A DNA stretch of 64,000 nucleotides from an uncultured Alphaproteobacteria bacterium (GCA_963713695.1 CAVQMU010000002.1:564041-628040), one strand, 5' to 3'; numbered from the stretch's first letter, positions 31,085 to 41,891 are shown. The notes: generated by a model not told the origin, from the letters alone. A program made the numbers and translations.

Positions 31085-32917
31085 ATGGATTATATTCTTG
31101 TCGCGGCCCTGCTGATTGCCGCCGCCCTGCTGGCGCCGCGTTTTCTTCGCCCCGATCTGCCTAAACGCGACCTTGTCGTCTCGGGATTGCGGGTCATTCT
31201 CGGCCTTGGCGCGCTCGTCGCCATACTCGCGACCAGCGTCGTCACCGTTCCCGCCGACCGCGTCGGCATCGTCAAAAAGCTTTACGGCTTTTCGAACCTG
31301 CCGGAGGGCCGCCTGATCGCCGTCAACGGCGAGACGGGCTACCAGGCGCCGATCATTCCGCCGGGCACATGGCGCATTTCGCTCCTGTTCAACCTGTTCA
31401 ACAGCATCGAAACCGTGCCGCTTGTGGTGGTGCCCAACGGTTTTTACGGGCGCATCGTGTCGCGCGACGGAGCGCCGCTGGGCGATAGCCAGATCATGGC
31501 CGACGCATGGCCCGAAGCGGAGTTCTCCAATTTTCTCAATGCCGAGTATTTCCTGACCCATGGGGGCCAGAAAGGCTTGCAGCTCAGCGTGCTGAAGCCC
31601 GGCGCCTATGCCGTCAATCTCGCCTTGTTTGAAGTGCGCGTCGGCTATCGTCCCAATGACCGCGACATTACCAAGTCGACCGACGATGTCTTCGACATTC
31701 ACGGCATGCATCAGGAGTCGACCCCGCTTACGACCGAGATCACTCATGTTCCCGCGGGATCGGTTGGCGTGGTGCGGTCCTCGGTGGAGGAGAAAGGCAA
31801 GAATTGCCAGCCGATCAAGGCCAAGGCAGATTCTGACGGCCTCGTCGCCGAACTCGTGCCGCCGGGCTGCAAGGGGGTCTGGAACGCCTCGCTGCCGCCA
31901 AACGATTATTATCTCAATCGTGACGCCAACGAGGTGGTGATCGTCTCGACGCGCGTCACGACGATCGAGTTCAAAGGCGGCTATGACCGACGCTACATCG
32001 ACCTGAAGGTGGATGGAAAGGGCGACTTCGCCCAGACCGAACACACGGCGCATTTTCTTGATATCGGCGACGACCGGGCGATCAACACCAAGGTCGAGGG
32101 ATGGGAAATCCCCCAGGAACTGCGAGCCGTCGTGCAGATATCGCCGGAGCACGCGCCCATCGTTGTCGCCGCCGTCGGCGGCCAGACGGAAGTCGACCAG
32201 CGCATCGTCATCCCCTCGATTCGCAGTCACGTGCGCAATGTCTTCGGCGGCTTGGTGACGGTGGCCGGCGATCCCGCCAAGGGCGAGCCGGCGACAGTCA
32301 CCCGCCCGACGCGCGTGCTCGACACGGTGGAGCAGCGTCCGGCGCTGGAAGAATCGATCCTCAAGCTGGCGCGCGAGGACGGGCGACGCGCGGGCGTCGA
32401 CATCAAGGAAATACGCCTGGGCGAAAGCGCCATTCCGCCCGAACTGCTGCTGGCGCGCCAGCGAGAACAGCTGGCGATCCAGCTGAAGGCCGCCTTCATC
32501 CAGGAACAGGCGGCGCAGACGCAGAGGCAACAGACGGAACAGGCGCGCGCCACGGCCGAACAGCAGTCTGAACTGGTCAAGGCGCAGATCGCCGTGCAGA
32601 CGGCCAGGCTTTTGCAGGAGCGGCGGCAGGCCGAAGGCCATGGCGAAAGGCTGTTCCTCGAAGAGCAGGCGGCGGGCCAGACCGCGCAGGCCAATGTGCT
32701 TGGAAAGGACAATGTGCTGAAGTTGCAGATGTTCAACCGGTCGCTCGAGTTGCTTGGCGCGCACCCGGAGCTGGTGTCCAATCTTGTCCTGCCGAAGTTT
32801 TATGTCAGCGGCGGCGGCGGGTTGGAAGGCGCTGCGGCCATCTTCGGCGGGTTGATGTCGGGAACGGCGCAGAACGGCGCGAGCGCGACGCAGGACAAGC
32901 CGGCGCAAGCAAGGTAA
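31085..32917 (+). CDS. SPFH/band-7 (flotillin-like) membrane protein with a long C-terminal coiled coil
   Basis: N-terminal TM, SPFH core, then a Q/A/E-rich coiled coil (…LAIQLKAAFIQEQAAQTQRQQTEQARATAEQQSELVKAQIAVQTARLLQE…). Confidence 0.8.
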   Translation: MDYILVAALLIAAALLAPRFLRPDLPKRDLVVSGLRVILGLGALVAILATSVVTVPADRVGIVKKLYGFSNLPEGRLIAVNGETGYQAPIIPPGTWRISLLFNLFNSIETVPLVVVPNGFYGRIVSRDGAPLGDSQIMADAWPEAEFSNFLNAEYFLTHGGQKGLQLSVLKPGAYAVNLALFEVRVGYRPNDRDITKSTDDVFDIHGMHQESTPLTTEITHVPAGSVGVVRSSVEEKGKNCQPIKAKADSDGLVAELVPPGCKGVWNASLPPNDYYLNRDANEVVIVSTRVTTIEFKGGYDRRYIDLKVDGKGDFAQTEHTAHFLDIGDDRAINTKVEGWEIPQELRAVVQISPEHAPIVVAAVGGQTEVDQRIVIPSIRSHVRNVFGGLVTVAGDPAKGEPATVTRPTRVLDTVEQRPALEESILKLAREDGRRAGVDIKEIRLGESAIPPELLLARQREQLAIQLKAAFIQEQAAQTQRQQTEQARATAEQQSELVKAQIAVQTARLLQERRQAEGHGERLFLEEQAAGQTAQANVLGKDNVLKLQMFNRSLELLGAHPELVSNLVLPKFYVSGGGGLEGAAAIFGGLMSGTAQNGASATQDKPAQAR

Positions 32918-32928
32918 GCGCGTTCGCC

Positions 32929-33343
32929 TTATCGCGCTTCCATGGCCGCCAGCATGGCCGCCATTTTCTCATGGACGACCTGGATAGCCTTGAGCGGACG
33001 CAGCATGACCTTGAAACGGTCGATGCGTCCGTCCGGGTTCCAGCCGATGATATCCACGCCATTGACCTCGATCGAACCGATCCGCGTCGAAAACTCCAGC
33101 ACGGCGGAGGTTTCCCCGATCCATTCGCCGATATAGCGAAATTCGTCGCCCGACAGGACATGCAGCGCCGCATCGAGATAGAGTTCTCGTTTTGGCGCGG
33201 CCGACCTGCGGCGTATGCACGACGGGCGAATGGAAGGTCACGTCCTCGGCCAGCAGATCGTCGAGCGCCGCGGCATCGCGCGTTGCGACGATCTCATGCC
33301 AACGTTGCAAGGCGGGAGGTCGGTGTCGGTTTGCATCGCTCAT
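32929..33343 (-). pseudogene. NTF2/SnoaL-like small protein with an apparent 1-nt frameshift in an AAAA run (about 33188-33191 on the minus-strand sense)
   Basis: N-part MSDANRHRPPALQRWHEIVATRDAAALDDLLAEDVTFHSPVVHTPQ (frame A) continues as …KRELYLDAALHVLSGDEFRYIGEWIGETSAVLEFSTRIGSIEVNGVDIIGWNPDGRIDRFKVMLRPLKAIQVVHEKMAAMLAAMEAR in frame B. Removing one A from GCCAAAACGAG restores a single 138-aa ORF. Confidence 0.6.
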
Positions 33344-33547
33344 GGGCGGCCCTCGACTGGGGGATTGGCAGGCCGGATCGGACGGCCGGGCGTCCCTTGA
33401 ATACAGAGGTTGACTCATTGGCGCTAGAAGCGAGGCCCTCAAAGAAAAGGCGATTATATTTTTTACAAGCAAGGGACATCTTTGCCAAAGAAAAAGCCTC
33501 GGCGCGAACGCCGAGGCTTTGCTTGTCTTGACCGGGAAGTCCCGTCG

Positions 33548-35452
33548 TTACACGCCCTTGTTTTCGAGCGCCGCCATGATCTCGTCCATGATCGAGGGAT
33601 CGTCGATGGTTGCGGGCATGGTCCAGGGATCGTGATCGGCGATCTTCTTCATTGTTCCACGCAAAATCTTGCCCGAACGCGTCTTTGGCAGACGCGAGAC
33701 GCAAATGGCGATCTTGAAGGCCGCGACAGGGCCGATCTTGTCGCGCACCAGCTTGACGATGTCCTTCTCGATTTCGAGCGGCGAGCGGGTCACGCCCGAT
33801 TTCAGCACGACGAAGCCGCAAGGCTGCTCGCCCTTCAACTCGTCCTTGACGCCGATGACCGCGCATTCCGCGACATCCGGATGCGAGGCCAGCACTTCCT
33901 CCATGCCGCCCGTCGAAAGCCGGTGGCCCGCGACGTTGATGATATCGTCGGTGCGGCCCATGATATAGAGATAGCCGTCCTCATCGACGAAACCGGCATC
34001 GGCGGTTTTGTAATAGCCGGGGAAATCCTGCAGGTAGGACTCGCGCATACGGCCGTCCTGCTTCCACAGGGTCGGCAGATTGCCGGGAGGCAGCGGCAGC
34101 TTCACGACGATCGAGCCCATCTTGCCGGTGCCCACGGGATGGCAGCCCTCATCGACAATCTGGATATCGTAGCCGGGCATGGCCACCGTGGGAGAGCCGT
34201 GCTTGACCGGCAGGGCGCCGAGGCCAATGGGATTGCCGGCGATGGCCCAGCCGGTTTCGGTCTGCCACCAATGGTCGATGACGGGAACGCCCAGTATCTG
34301 CTCGGCCCAGGCGACGGTGTCCGGATCGGCGCGCTCGCCGGCCAGGAACAAGGTGCGCAGGCATTTGCCGACATTGTATTTCTTCAGATATTCGGCGTTC
34401 GGGTCTTCCTTGCGCACGGCGCGGAAGGCGGTCGGCGCGGTGAACAGCGCGGCGATGTTGTATTCCTCGATCATTCGCCAGAAAGCGCCCGGGTCGGGCG
34501 TGCCGATCGGCTTGCCCTCATAGACAACCGTTGTCGCGCCGTGCAGCAGCTGGGCGTAGATGATGTAGGAATGGCCGACCACCCACCCGACGTCGGAAGC
34601 GGCCCAGAAAACCTCGCCGGGCTCGATGCCATAAAGGTTTTTCATCGTCCATTTCAGCGCCACGGCATGGCCGCCGTTGTCGCGCACCACGCCCTTCGGG
34701 ACGCCCGTGGTGCCTGACGTATAAAGGATATAGAGCGGATCGGTCGCCTTCATTTCCTCCGGCTCGACCGTGCGGCGCTCCGCCAGCGCCGCAACGACCA
34801 GATCGCCCCAGTCGAAATCGCGTCCGGGGACCATCTTGGCCGGCTCCTGCGGGCGCTGGAGCAGCAGAACCTTCTCCGGCTTGACGGCGGCGAGGTCAAT
34901 GGCCTCGTCGAGCAAAGGCTTGTACTTGACGACGCGGTTCGGCTCGATGCCGCACGATGCGGCCAGGATCATCTTGGGTTCGGAGTCGTTTATGCGTGTT
35001 GCGAGCTCCTTCGACGCGAAACCGCCGAACACCACGGAATGAATGGCGCCGATGCGGGCGCAGGCGAGGACGCCGATCACGGCCTCCGGGATCATCGGCA
35101 TGTACACCAGCACCCGGTCGCCCTTGCCGACGCCGAAATCCTTGAGAACGGAAGCGACCGCGTTCACTTCGGCCAGCAATTGCTCATAGGTGTAGGTGCG
35201 CTTGATGCCGGCGACGGGGCTGTCGTAGATCAGCGCGGCCTGTTTGGCGCGGCCGCCTTTCACATGCCGGTCGAGCGCGTTGTAGCAGGTGTTGAGCGTG
35301 CCGTCGGGGAACCAGTGACCAAAGACGCCGGCGTTCGGGTCGAACACGGTCTTGGGCGGCTTGATCCAGTCGATCTCCTTGGCGGCTTCCGCCCAGAATG
35401 CGAGCGGTTCCTTCAGCCAGGATTGATAGATTTCAGGGTAGCGGCTCGCCAT
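33548..35452 (-). CDS. propionate/acetate-CoA ligase family acyl-CoA synthetase (PrpE-like)
   Basis: AMP-binding signature YTSGTTGVPKGV…; …WWQTETG…; C-terminal …SRLPKTRSGKILR… Start MASRYPEIYQSW at 35452. Confidence 0.85.
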   Translation of the reverse strand: MASRYPEIYQSWLKEPLAFWAEAAKEIDWIKPPKTVFDPNAGVFGHWFPDGTLNTCYNALDRHVKGGRAKQAALIYDSPVAGIKRTYTYEQLLAEVNAVASVLKDFGVGKGDRVLVYMPMIPEAVIGVLACARIGAIHSVVFGGFASKELATRINDSEPKMILAASCGIEPNRVVKYKPLLDEAIDLAAVKPEKVLLLQRPQEPAKMVPGRDFDWGDLVVAALAERRTVEPEEMKATDPLYILYTSGTTGVPKGVVRDNGGHAVALKWTMKNLYGIEPGEVFWAASDVGWVVGHSYIIYAQLLHGATTVVYEGKPIGTPDPGAFWRMIEEYNIAALFTAPTAFRAVRKEDPNAEYLKKYNVGKCLRTLFLAGERADPDTVAWAEQILGVPVIDHWWQTETGWAIAGNPIGLGALPVKHGSPTVAMPGYDIQIVDEGCHPVGTGKMGSIVVKLPLPPGNLPTLWKQDGRMRESYLQDFPGYYKTADAGFVDEDGYLYIMGRTDDIINVAGHRLSTGGMEEVLASHPDVAECAVIGVKDELKGEQPCGFVVLKSGVTRSPLEIEKDIVKLVRDKIGPVAAFKIAICVSRLPKTRSGKILRGTMKKIADHDPWTMPATIDDPSIMDEIMAALENKGV

Positions 35453-35681
35453 CTTGTTTCCTCTCGCGTTTCGGTCGCGAAATAGGCTTCGCGGGTCCGG
35501 TTTTTGCATCGGAAATTGCGCCGGCCCGCACGATAAGTCCAGAATGGCGCGATCAACCCTTCGGCTAATATCCATTCCGACAGGTGAAGGCGAAACAGGG
35601 CTTCGCCGCGAACTGCGGCCGCCGTTGCGCGAATTTTAACGGCCGCAATGCCAAATAGACGGCTCAAGCCGCGAGCCGCCC

Positions 35682-36941
35682 ATGTCCCAGATCAATTTTT
35701 CCCGGATCAATTTGTTGGAAATCTTGCGCGAGGCGCGATGGCTCGACGCCGACCGGGCGCGCGTCTATGTGCGCATCCTCGCGGGCGTGCAGATCCTGGG
35801 CCTGATCGGCCTGTTCCTGACCTCAGGCCACGGCCTTGACAGGCGCGGCGAACCGCTGGGAACCGACTTTGTCAGCTTCTGGACGGCGGCGCGGCTGGCC
35901 ATTTCCGGCGCTCCCGCCTCGGTCTATGATCCCGCCGCCCACCACGCCGCCGAACAGGCCTTTTTTGGCGCTCGTCTCGACTGGTACGCCTTTTTCTATC
36001 CTCCGGTCTTCCTCCTGCTCTGTCTGCCGCTGGGGCTCGCGCCCTACCTCGTCGCCCTTGCGGCGTGGCTGGGCGCGACGGGCTTGCTTTACCTGAAAGC
36101 TCTGCGGCAAATCGTCGCGAATGGAATCGGCGTCTTGCCGGTCCTGGCTTTTCCCGCTGTTTTCACCACGCTCGGCCACGGCCAGAACGCCTTGCTGACG
36201 ACGGGCCTGTTCGCTGCTGGCGCGGTCCTGCTCGGCGCGCGCCCGCTGCTGGCCGGCGCCTGTTTCGGTCTGCTCTGCTTCAAGCCCCAGCTCGCCCTGC
36301 TTCTGCCGCTCGGCCTGGCGCTGGGCGGGCGCTGGCGCGCGCTCGTCGCCATGGGCGCGACGGCTCTGGCCCTATGCGTCGCAAGTTACGTCGTTTTCGG
36401 CGAGCCGACCTGGCGCGCTTTCCTGGCCGAGGCGCCGGTCGCCCGCGCCACGCTCGAACAGGGGATGGTCGAGCCGGAGAAGATGCAAAGCCTTTTCGCC
36501 GCAATCAGCATGCTCGGCGGCACGGTGGGCCTCGCCTATGCCGGACAGGCGTTGCTTGCCGGGGCAACCTGCCTTGCGCTCGCCGGACTCTTGCGCCGGA
36601 CGAAGGACGCCCTGACGCAAGGCGTGCTGATCGCAGCCGCGGCGCCGCTCGTCACGCCTTTCATTCTCGACTACGACTTGACTCTGCTGGCCCTGCCGCT
36701 CGGTTTCCTGCTGACCCGGGCTCTGGCGACGCAGTTCCTGCCCTATGAGAAAACCGTGCTGCTTGTCGCCTATATGCTGCCCGCCTTCGCCCGGCCTCTG
36801 GCGCTCTACGCTCATGTTTCGCTCGGGGCGGCGGTCGTCGCGCTGCTTTTCGCCGTCCTCGCGCGCCGGGTCTGGAATGATCGGCCCGCGGAGTTGGCGC
36901 TGTCAGTGAACGGGCGGTCCCTCGTCGCCGGAACGGCATAA
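35682..36941 (+). CDS. DUF2029/GT87-family integral membrane glycosyltransferase-like protein
   Basis: Polytopic membrane protein with …DFVSFWTAARLA…YDP…FFYPP… typical of DUF2029 (alpha-1,2-mannosyltransferase-like). Confidence 0.7.
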   Translation: MSQINFSRINLLEILREARWLDADRARVYVRILAGVQILGLIGLFLTSGHGLDRRGEPLGTDFVSFWTAARLAISGAPASVYDPAAHHAAEQAFFGARLDWYAFFYPPVFLLLCLPLGLAPYLVALAAWLGATGLLYLKALRQIVANGIGVLPVLAFPAVFTTLGHGQNALLTTGLFAAGAVLLGARPLLAGACFGLLCFKPQLALLLPLGLALGGRWRALVAMGATALALCVASYVVFGEPTWRAFLAEAPVARATLEQGMVEPEKMQSLFAAISMLGGTVGLAYAGQALLAGATCLALAGLLRRTKDALTQGVLIAAAAPLVTPFILDYDLTLLALPLGFLLTRALATQFLPYEKTVLLVAYMLPAFARPLALYAHVSLGAAVVALLFAVLARRVWNDRPAELALSVNGRSLVAGTA

Positions 36942-36997
36942 AAAAGCGCCGGGATTTGCGATCCCGGCGGCGTTTTTCGAAATTTCCTATTGCTGCG

Positions 36998-37192
36998 TCA
37001 GTGCACCGTTTCCATCGCCGTTTCATGGCGCAATTTGGCGATTTCGTCCTTGAGCAGCAATTTCCGTCGCTTCAGTTCATGCAGTTTCAGCTCATCTACG
37101 GAGGGGTGAATTTCCTCTTTCTCGATCTCTCGTTGCAGCGACATATGGCGGCGTTCGAGTTCGGCGAGATGGCTTTGCATAGACATGCGCAA
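36998..37192 (-). CDS. DUF465 (YdcH-like) small protein
   Basis: …LAELERRHMSLQREIEKEE…DELKLHELKRRKLLLKDEIAKL…. Confidence 0.7.
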   Translation of the reverse strand: MRMSMQSHLAELERRHMSLQREIEKEEIHPSVDELKLHELKRRKLLLKDEIAKLRHETAMETVH

Positions 37193-37407
37193 CTCCTATC
37201 GATGCTACGACGACAGGATTGTGACACGATCGCATTCGGCTGCAAGGGAAAAATTCTGCTCAAAAGGTCCTGCCTTAATGGTTTATGAATGACCTAACGA
37301 CAGGCGGCGAATGTCCCCATCTTGGCCTTGCTCTTGCCGCGCGGGGCGCACATAATCGACGCAAAGGGGCGCACGTTGCGCCTGCGGGAAATGGCCAGCG
37401 GCTTTCG

Positions 37408-37626
37408 ATGAGCAAAGAACTGAGCGAAGAAGAGCGCGCTGAATTCATCAATGAAGTCGAGCGTCTGAGGCAGGAGCATCGGGATCTCGACGCCGCCATC
37501 GACGCGCTGATGGCTGTGGGCGCCAGCGACAGGCTGCAACTGCAGAGGCTGAAAAAGCGCAAGCTCGCGTTGCGCGACCGCATCAGCTTCCTCGAGGACG
37601 CCTTGACGCCCGACATAATCGCTTGA
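37408..37626 (+). CDS. DUF465 (YdcH-like) small protein, second copy, divergent
   Basis: MSKELSEEERAEFINEVERLRQEHRDLDAAIDAL…LQLQRLKKRKLALRDRISFLED…. Confidence 0.7.
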   Translation: MSKELSEEERAEFINEVERLRQEHRDLDAAIDALMAVGASDRLQLQRLKKRKLALRDRISFLEDALTPDIIA

Positions 37627-37748
37627 TTTTCAAGCTCTCGGCGGTCGACGCGGAGCGGAGTGCTTCGCCGGCAGAGATTTAGGTTTCGCTGGGCCGGCTT
37701 TTGCATTAGACACGTCGCCTTCCGGCAATCCCCCGCGGACCCAAGCAA

Positions 37749-38243
37749 GTGCCCAAGACAAAATCTCCCGTCGCCATCATCATGGGCAGCCAGTCCGATT
37801 GGGCGACCATGCGTCATGCCAGCGAAACCTTGGCGGCGCTGGGCGTCGACGCCGACGTGCGGATCGTTTCCGCCCACCGCACTCCCGACCGGCTGACGGC
37901 CTTTGCAAAGGGCGCGCGCGCGGCCGGCTTCAAGGTGATCATCGCCGGCGCCGGCGGCGCCGCCCATCTGCCGGGCATGACCGCGGCCATGACGCCGCTG
38001 CCGGTGCTCGGCGTTCCCGTCGAATCCAAGGCGCTGTCGGGCAAGGATTCGCTCTATTCCATTGTGCAGATGCCCGGCGGCGTGCCGGTCGGCACGCTGG
38101 CGATCGGCAAGCCCGGCGCGATCAACGCCGCCTTGCTCGCCGCGTCGATTCTCGCGCTGAACGACAAGGAGCTCGCGGCGCGGCTCGATGCGTGGCGCGA
38201 ACGCCAGACGGCGGAGGTCGCGGAGCGGCCCGAAAATGTCTGA
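37749..38243 (+). CDS. purE: N5-carboxyaminoimidazole ribonucleotide mutase
   Basis: [17 protein letters not shown]…[10 protein letters not shown]…[14 protein letters not shown]…. Confidence 0.95.
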   Translation: MPKTKSPVAIIMGSQSDWATMRHASETLAALGVDADVRIVSAHRTPDRLTAFAKGARAAGFKVIIAGAGGAAHLPGMTAAMTPLPVLGVPVESKALSGKDSLYSIVQMPGGVPVGTLAIGKPGAINAALLAASILALNDKELAARLDAWRERQTAEVAERPENV

Positions 38244-39363
38244 CCCGATTTCATCGCTGTCCGATCCAGGTCGATCGACCAATGGACTTTCGCCCGGCGC
38301 GCGCCTCGGAATTGTCGGCGGCGGCCAGCTCGGCCGGATGCTCGCGCTGGCCGCGGCCCGCCTCGGGCTCTCCTGCCACGTCTATACTGACCGCGACAAT
38401 GATCCAGCGATAGACGTCGCCGCCAGCGCCACGGTCGCGCCTTACGAGGACGAGGGGGCGCTCGCCCGCTTCGTCGCCGCGGTCGATGTCGTCACCTATG
38501 AATTCGAAAACATTCCCGCGCGCACGGCCGAAGTGCTGGCTGCGCAAAAGCCCGTGCGACCCTCTCCTGAAGTCCTCGAGTTGACGCAGGACCGTCTCGT
38601 CGAGAAGGACTTCATCGCCGGGCTTGGCATCGAGGTTGCGCCCTATGCGCAGGTGGACGATGCCGGCGCGCTGGCCCGCGCGGTCGGCCATATCGGCCGT
38701 CCATCGATCCTCAAGACGCGGCGCTTCGGCTACGATGGCAAGGGACAGTTGCTGATCCGCGAAGGCTCCGATCTTGCGGCCGCGTTCCACTCGCTCGGTG
38801 GCCAGCCGGCGATACTCGAGGGATTCGTGCCCTTCGAGTGCGAGATCTCCGTCGTGGCGGCGCGCGGCCTGGATGGCTCCTTCCTCGCCTGGGAGGTCGG
38901 GCGCAATGCACACGAGCATCACATCCTCGCCACGACCACGATTCCCGCCGGCATCGGAGATGAGCTTTCCGCCCGCGCGGTGGAAAAGGCGAAGCGAATC
39001 GCCGAGGCGCTCGACTATGTCGGCGTGCTCGCGGTGGAAATGTTTCTGGTCTCGGGAGCACAGGGCAAGAAGCTGCTCGTCAACGAAATCGCTCCGCGTG
39101 TCCATAATTCCGGCCACTGGACAATCGATGGCGCGGCGACCTCGCAGTTCGAGCAGCATGTGCGCGCCATCTGCGGCTTTCCGCTCGGCAGCGTCCGCGC
39201 GCATGGTCCCGCCGAAATGCGCAACCTGATCGGCGACGATATTTCGCGCTGGCGCGACTATCTGGCGCAGCCGGGCGCCTGCCTGCATCTCTACGGCAAG
39301 CGCGAGGCGCGTCCCGGCCGCAAGATGGGGCATGTCACGTTTTTGCGTGACGTGCAGGGCTAG
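38236..39363 (+). CDS. purK: N5-carboxyaminoimidazole ribonucleotide synthase
   Basis: ATP-grasp; …[13 protein letters not shown]…YEFENIP…[15 protein letters not shown]… Start overlaps the purE stop. Confidence 0.95.
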   Translation: MSDPISSLSDPGRSTNGLSPGARLGIVGGGQLGRMLALAAARLGLSCHVYTDRDNDPAIDVAASATVAPYEDEGALARFVAAVDVVTYEFENIPARTAEVLAAQKPVRPSPEVLELTQDRLVEKDFIAGLGIEVAPYAQVDDAGALARAVGHIGRPSILKTRRFGYDGKGQLLIREGSDLAAAFHSLGGQPAILEGFVPFECEISVVAARGLDGSFLAWEVGRNAHEHHILATTTIPAGIGDELSARAVEKAKRIAEALDYVGVLAVEMFLVSGAQGKKLLVNEIAPRVHNSGHWTIDGAATSQFEQHVRAICGFPLGSVRAHGPAEMRNLIGDDISRWRDYLAQPGACLHLYGKREARPGRKMGHVTFLRDVQG

Positions 39364-39755
39364 GTTCGGTCTTTTCCTTGGATTTCCGATGGTGTCCGGC
39401 TTCGCGACGACATCTAGAAACCGTCGCGCCGACGATGCGGGCAAGCTGGCGTAACGCTTGAAAATTATTTCAAATCAGCCGCTTGGTGGTCGTATTCCCT
39501 AAAGTTTCAGACCCGTCAGAACTATTGGTACAGCAACGCCATTGAAACTATTCGTGTTTGCGATTGACAGACGCAGGCTGACCCGCTCACCTTAGTATAA
39601 AATCGAATCACTTTTGCGGCGTCCCCCAGTGCAAAAGCGTCCGGCCCTCGCGCAATGTCGAAGGTTCGCGACGCGAACAAGCGTAAAAACAAAACATTGG
39701 AAATCCTCGTCCAAGATGGCCGGGGCGACGGACGTTCGACTTTTTATGGGAGGCA

Positions 39756-40907
39756 ATGATGGCTCTGATTGGCAATTACTTTGGGCGCGGGCCAACGATG
39801 GTGCGGCAAAAGGTTTCGACCAAATCTTCGACCTCGATCGAGGCGTTTACCGCAGCCAATCCGGAGCTGGAGGAAGAAGAGCCGGCAGTTGAAATCATGA
39901 CGCCGCCGAGGTTGGCGAATGACAGTCAGGACGACGAGCTTTCCTCGTTGATGAACGCCGTCAAGGAACAGGCGATCTTTCTCAAATGCGAGCAGTCGAA
40001 GCTCATTTCCGACTGGCAGATCGGACTGGAGCTGCTGACCAGCAGAATGGCGACATTGCAGCCGCTTTTGACGCACGCGCTGAAGTCCAACGTCGAACGC
40101 GAGCAGGTCAACAGCCGTCTGGCGGCATCCGAATCCGATCTCAAGCGCCGTCTGGCGGAGTCCGAACGCGAACTCATGCATTACCGCCCCGCGGCCCTGC
40201 AAGCGGAAGACGAACTGCGTAATGTCCGGGCCCAACTTTCCGATAACCAGCGGCACGCGATAGCTCTCGAGGCGGAGTTCGCCAAGTCGCAGGGCGCGAT
40301 CAACGATCTTTTTCAGAAAGTCACCACCGCGGAGGCCTCGCGCCAGCGGATCATCGAAGAAAATGCGGCCTATTCCCAGAAGATGCGTGAGCACGACGCC
40401 GCCCTGCAGACATTTGTGCGAGAGGCGGCGCAACTCAAATGCGACTTTGTCTCCGCCAACAGCGATGTGGAAAGGCTTGAAGCCGAGTTGGGAACGCTCA
40501 CCAGGAAATATGCCGGCGAATGCGAGGAGCACAGCCGCGTCAAGACCGCGCTGGAAACGATGCAGGCTCAGTTCGCGCAATTGCAGAAAGACAGCCTGGC
40601 GCGGGTCAAGGAGGCCGAAGAGCGGGAACGGCGCGCCGCTGAAGGGCTCTCCGTTCGAGAAAAACAATATTACGATCTCGACGTTCGACAGTCAGCCCTG
40701 GTGTCGAAGGTGGATTTCCTCACACGGACGAACCAGCGTCAGCGCGAGGACTTGCGGCGCCATATCGATCACATCGGCAACCTGGAAGCCTCCAACCGGC
40801 AACTCCTCGATGCGCTTGCGCGGAACGCCAGCGGAACGGAGGCGGTCGCACAGGATGGGATGGTTCAAGCGCCGCCAAAATTATGGGCGGTGAATGAGGC
40901 CTCCTGA
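39756..40907 (+). CDS. long coiled-coil hypothetical protein (~380 aa)
   Basis: Almost entirely heptad-like, Q/E/R/A/L-rich sequence; no recognisable enzymatic motif. Preceded by an AT-richer region with a TTGACA…TATAAA-like promoter (about 39564-39600) and small hairpins. Confidence 0.55.
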   Translation: MMALIGNYFGRGPTMVRQKVSTKSSTSIEAFTAANPELEEEEPAVEIMTPPRLANDSQDDELSSLMNAVKEQAIFLKCEQSKLISDWQIGLELLTSRMATLQPLLTHALKSNVEREQVNSRLAASESDLKRRLAESERELMHYRPAALQAEDELRNVRAQLSDNQRHAIALEAEFAKSQGAINDLFQKVTTAEASRQRIIEENAAYSQKMREHDAALQTFVREAAQLKCDFVSANSDVERLEAELGTLTRKYAGECEEHSRVKTALETMQAQFAQLQKDSLARVKEAEERERRAAEGLSVREKQYYDLDVRQSALVSKVDFLTRTNQRQREDLRRHIDHIGNLEASNRQLLDALARNASGTEAVAQDGMVQAPPKLWAVNEAS

Positions 40908-41096
40908 GCAGGAGATCGTCTGCAGGCGGCTCCGACAAGGGACGAATTCGCCGACCGTGCGACACGCCGAACCTCAGGGGACGGTCGTTGAATTCGTCCG
41001 CGCCTCCAATTTCTGGCGGCGCATGTCGGAACAATAGCGCCGACGCCGCGCCGCTCGGCCGGCATTAAGCGGTAGGCGACGGATCAAAGGGTGTAA

Positions 41097-41303
41097 TCAC
41101 CGTATGATCGAGGGCGCGCCCGCGGGCATGGGCGTCGGCGGAATGAGCAATTCGTTGACCGTCCACACGAGCAGCAGGACGATCAGCACAGTCACCAGCA
41201 AGCCCGAGAACCCGCGCGTTCCCCAGCCGCGCGCGCGTCCGTAGTATCCTCCGCCTCCGCCGAGCAGCAGCAGCACCAAAAGCAAGAGAACGAACAGAAA
41301 CAT
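41097..41303 (-). CDS. small two-TM membrane protein, DUF3309-like (Gly/Tyr/Trp-rich loop)
   Basis: MFLFVLLLLVLLLLGGGGGYYGRARGWGTRGFSGLLVTVLIVLLLVW…. Confidence 0.5.
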   Translation of the reverse strand: MFLFVLLLLVLLLLGGGGGYYGRARGWGTRGFSGLLVTVLIVLLLVWTVNELLIPPTPMPAGAPSIIR

Positions 41304-41480
41304 GGCGGCATGGCTCCGGATCTTTCCGTTTCCAACGCGCGGTCGCCGAAATCGATCCGTGACCGGCGGACGACCCGTAAAGAGCGCTGATCCGCAGGCT
41401 CAGTCCCAACCAAATCAGGTCGAGCCGCCGAAAGTTTTCGTTTCGAAGCCTTTGCAGGCGAAGCGGATACCGGCATGCTT

Positions 41481-41693
41481 TTACCACCAGCGCAGCAAGC
41501 CGCCCGTCGCCCAGACCAGCATGACGGCGACGAGGCTCAGGACGAGCACGATCAGCACCCGTTTCCCTCCCGGTCCCTGTCTCGCCGTGTCGGCGGTCAA
41601 CACTTGAGGATGCCGTTCCCTGTAATGCGGCGGCGGTTTGATCGCGTCGCGCTCGATATTGCGAAAACCGTCCCTGTCGTCGCTACTGGCCAT
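41481..41693 (-). CDS. small hypothetical protein with a C-terminal TM anchor (70 aa)
   Basis: MASSDDRDGFRNIERDAIKPPPHYRERHPQV…GKRVLIVLVLSLVAVMLVWATGGLLRWW. Overlaps the upstream small ORF by 11 nt (operon-like). Confidence 0.4.
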   Translation of the reverse strand: MASSDDRDGFRNIERDAIKPPPHYRERHPQVLTADTARQGPGGKRVLIVLVLSLVAVMLVWATGGLLRWW

Positions 41694-41862
41694 GCGTTTT
41701 CCTCCCGGCCGAATCCGCAGGCGATTCCTGTCCGCGCGGACGCTTCTCCAGGGCCTCCGCCTCGCGATCCTCCATCTCTCCCGCATAAGGCTGCTTCGCT
41801 TCGCGCTGGGCGCGTTTTCGCGCGAGCTCCTTGAGTTCGCCAGGGGTGTTCGTGCGGCGCAT
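41683..41862 (-). CDS. small basic hypothetical protein (59 aa)
   Basis: MRRTNTPGELKELARKRAQREAKQPYAGEMEDREAEALEKRPRGQ… Lies immediately downstream of a perfect EcfG-type promoter motif. Confidence 0.4.
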   Translation of the reverse strand: MRRTNTPGELKELARKRAQREAKQPYAGEMEDREAEALEKRPRGQESPADSAGRKTHGQ

Positions 41863-41891
41863 TGCTCGTCTCCGATCTGCGAGACGCCAGC

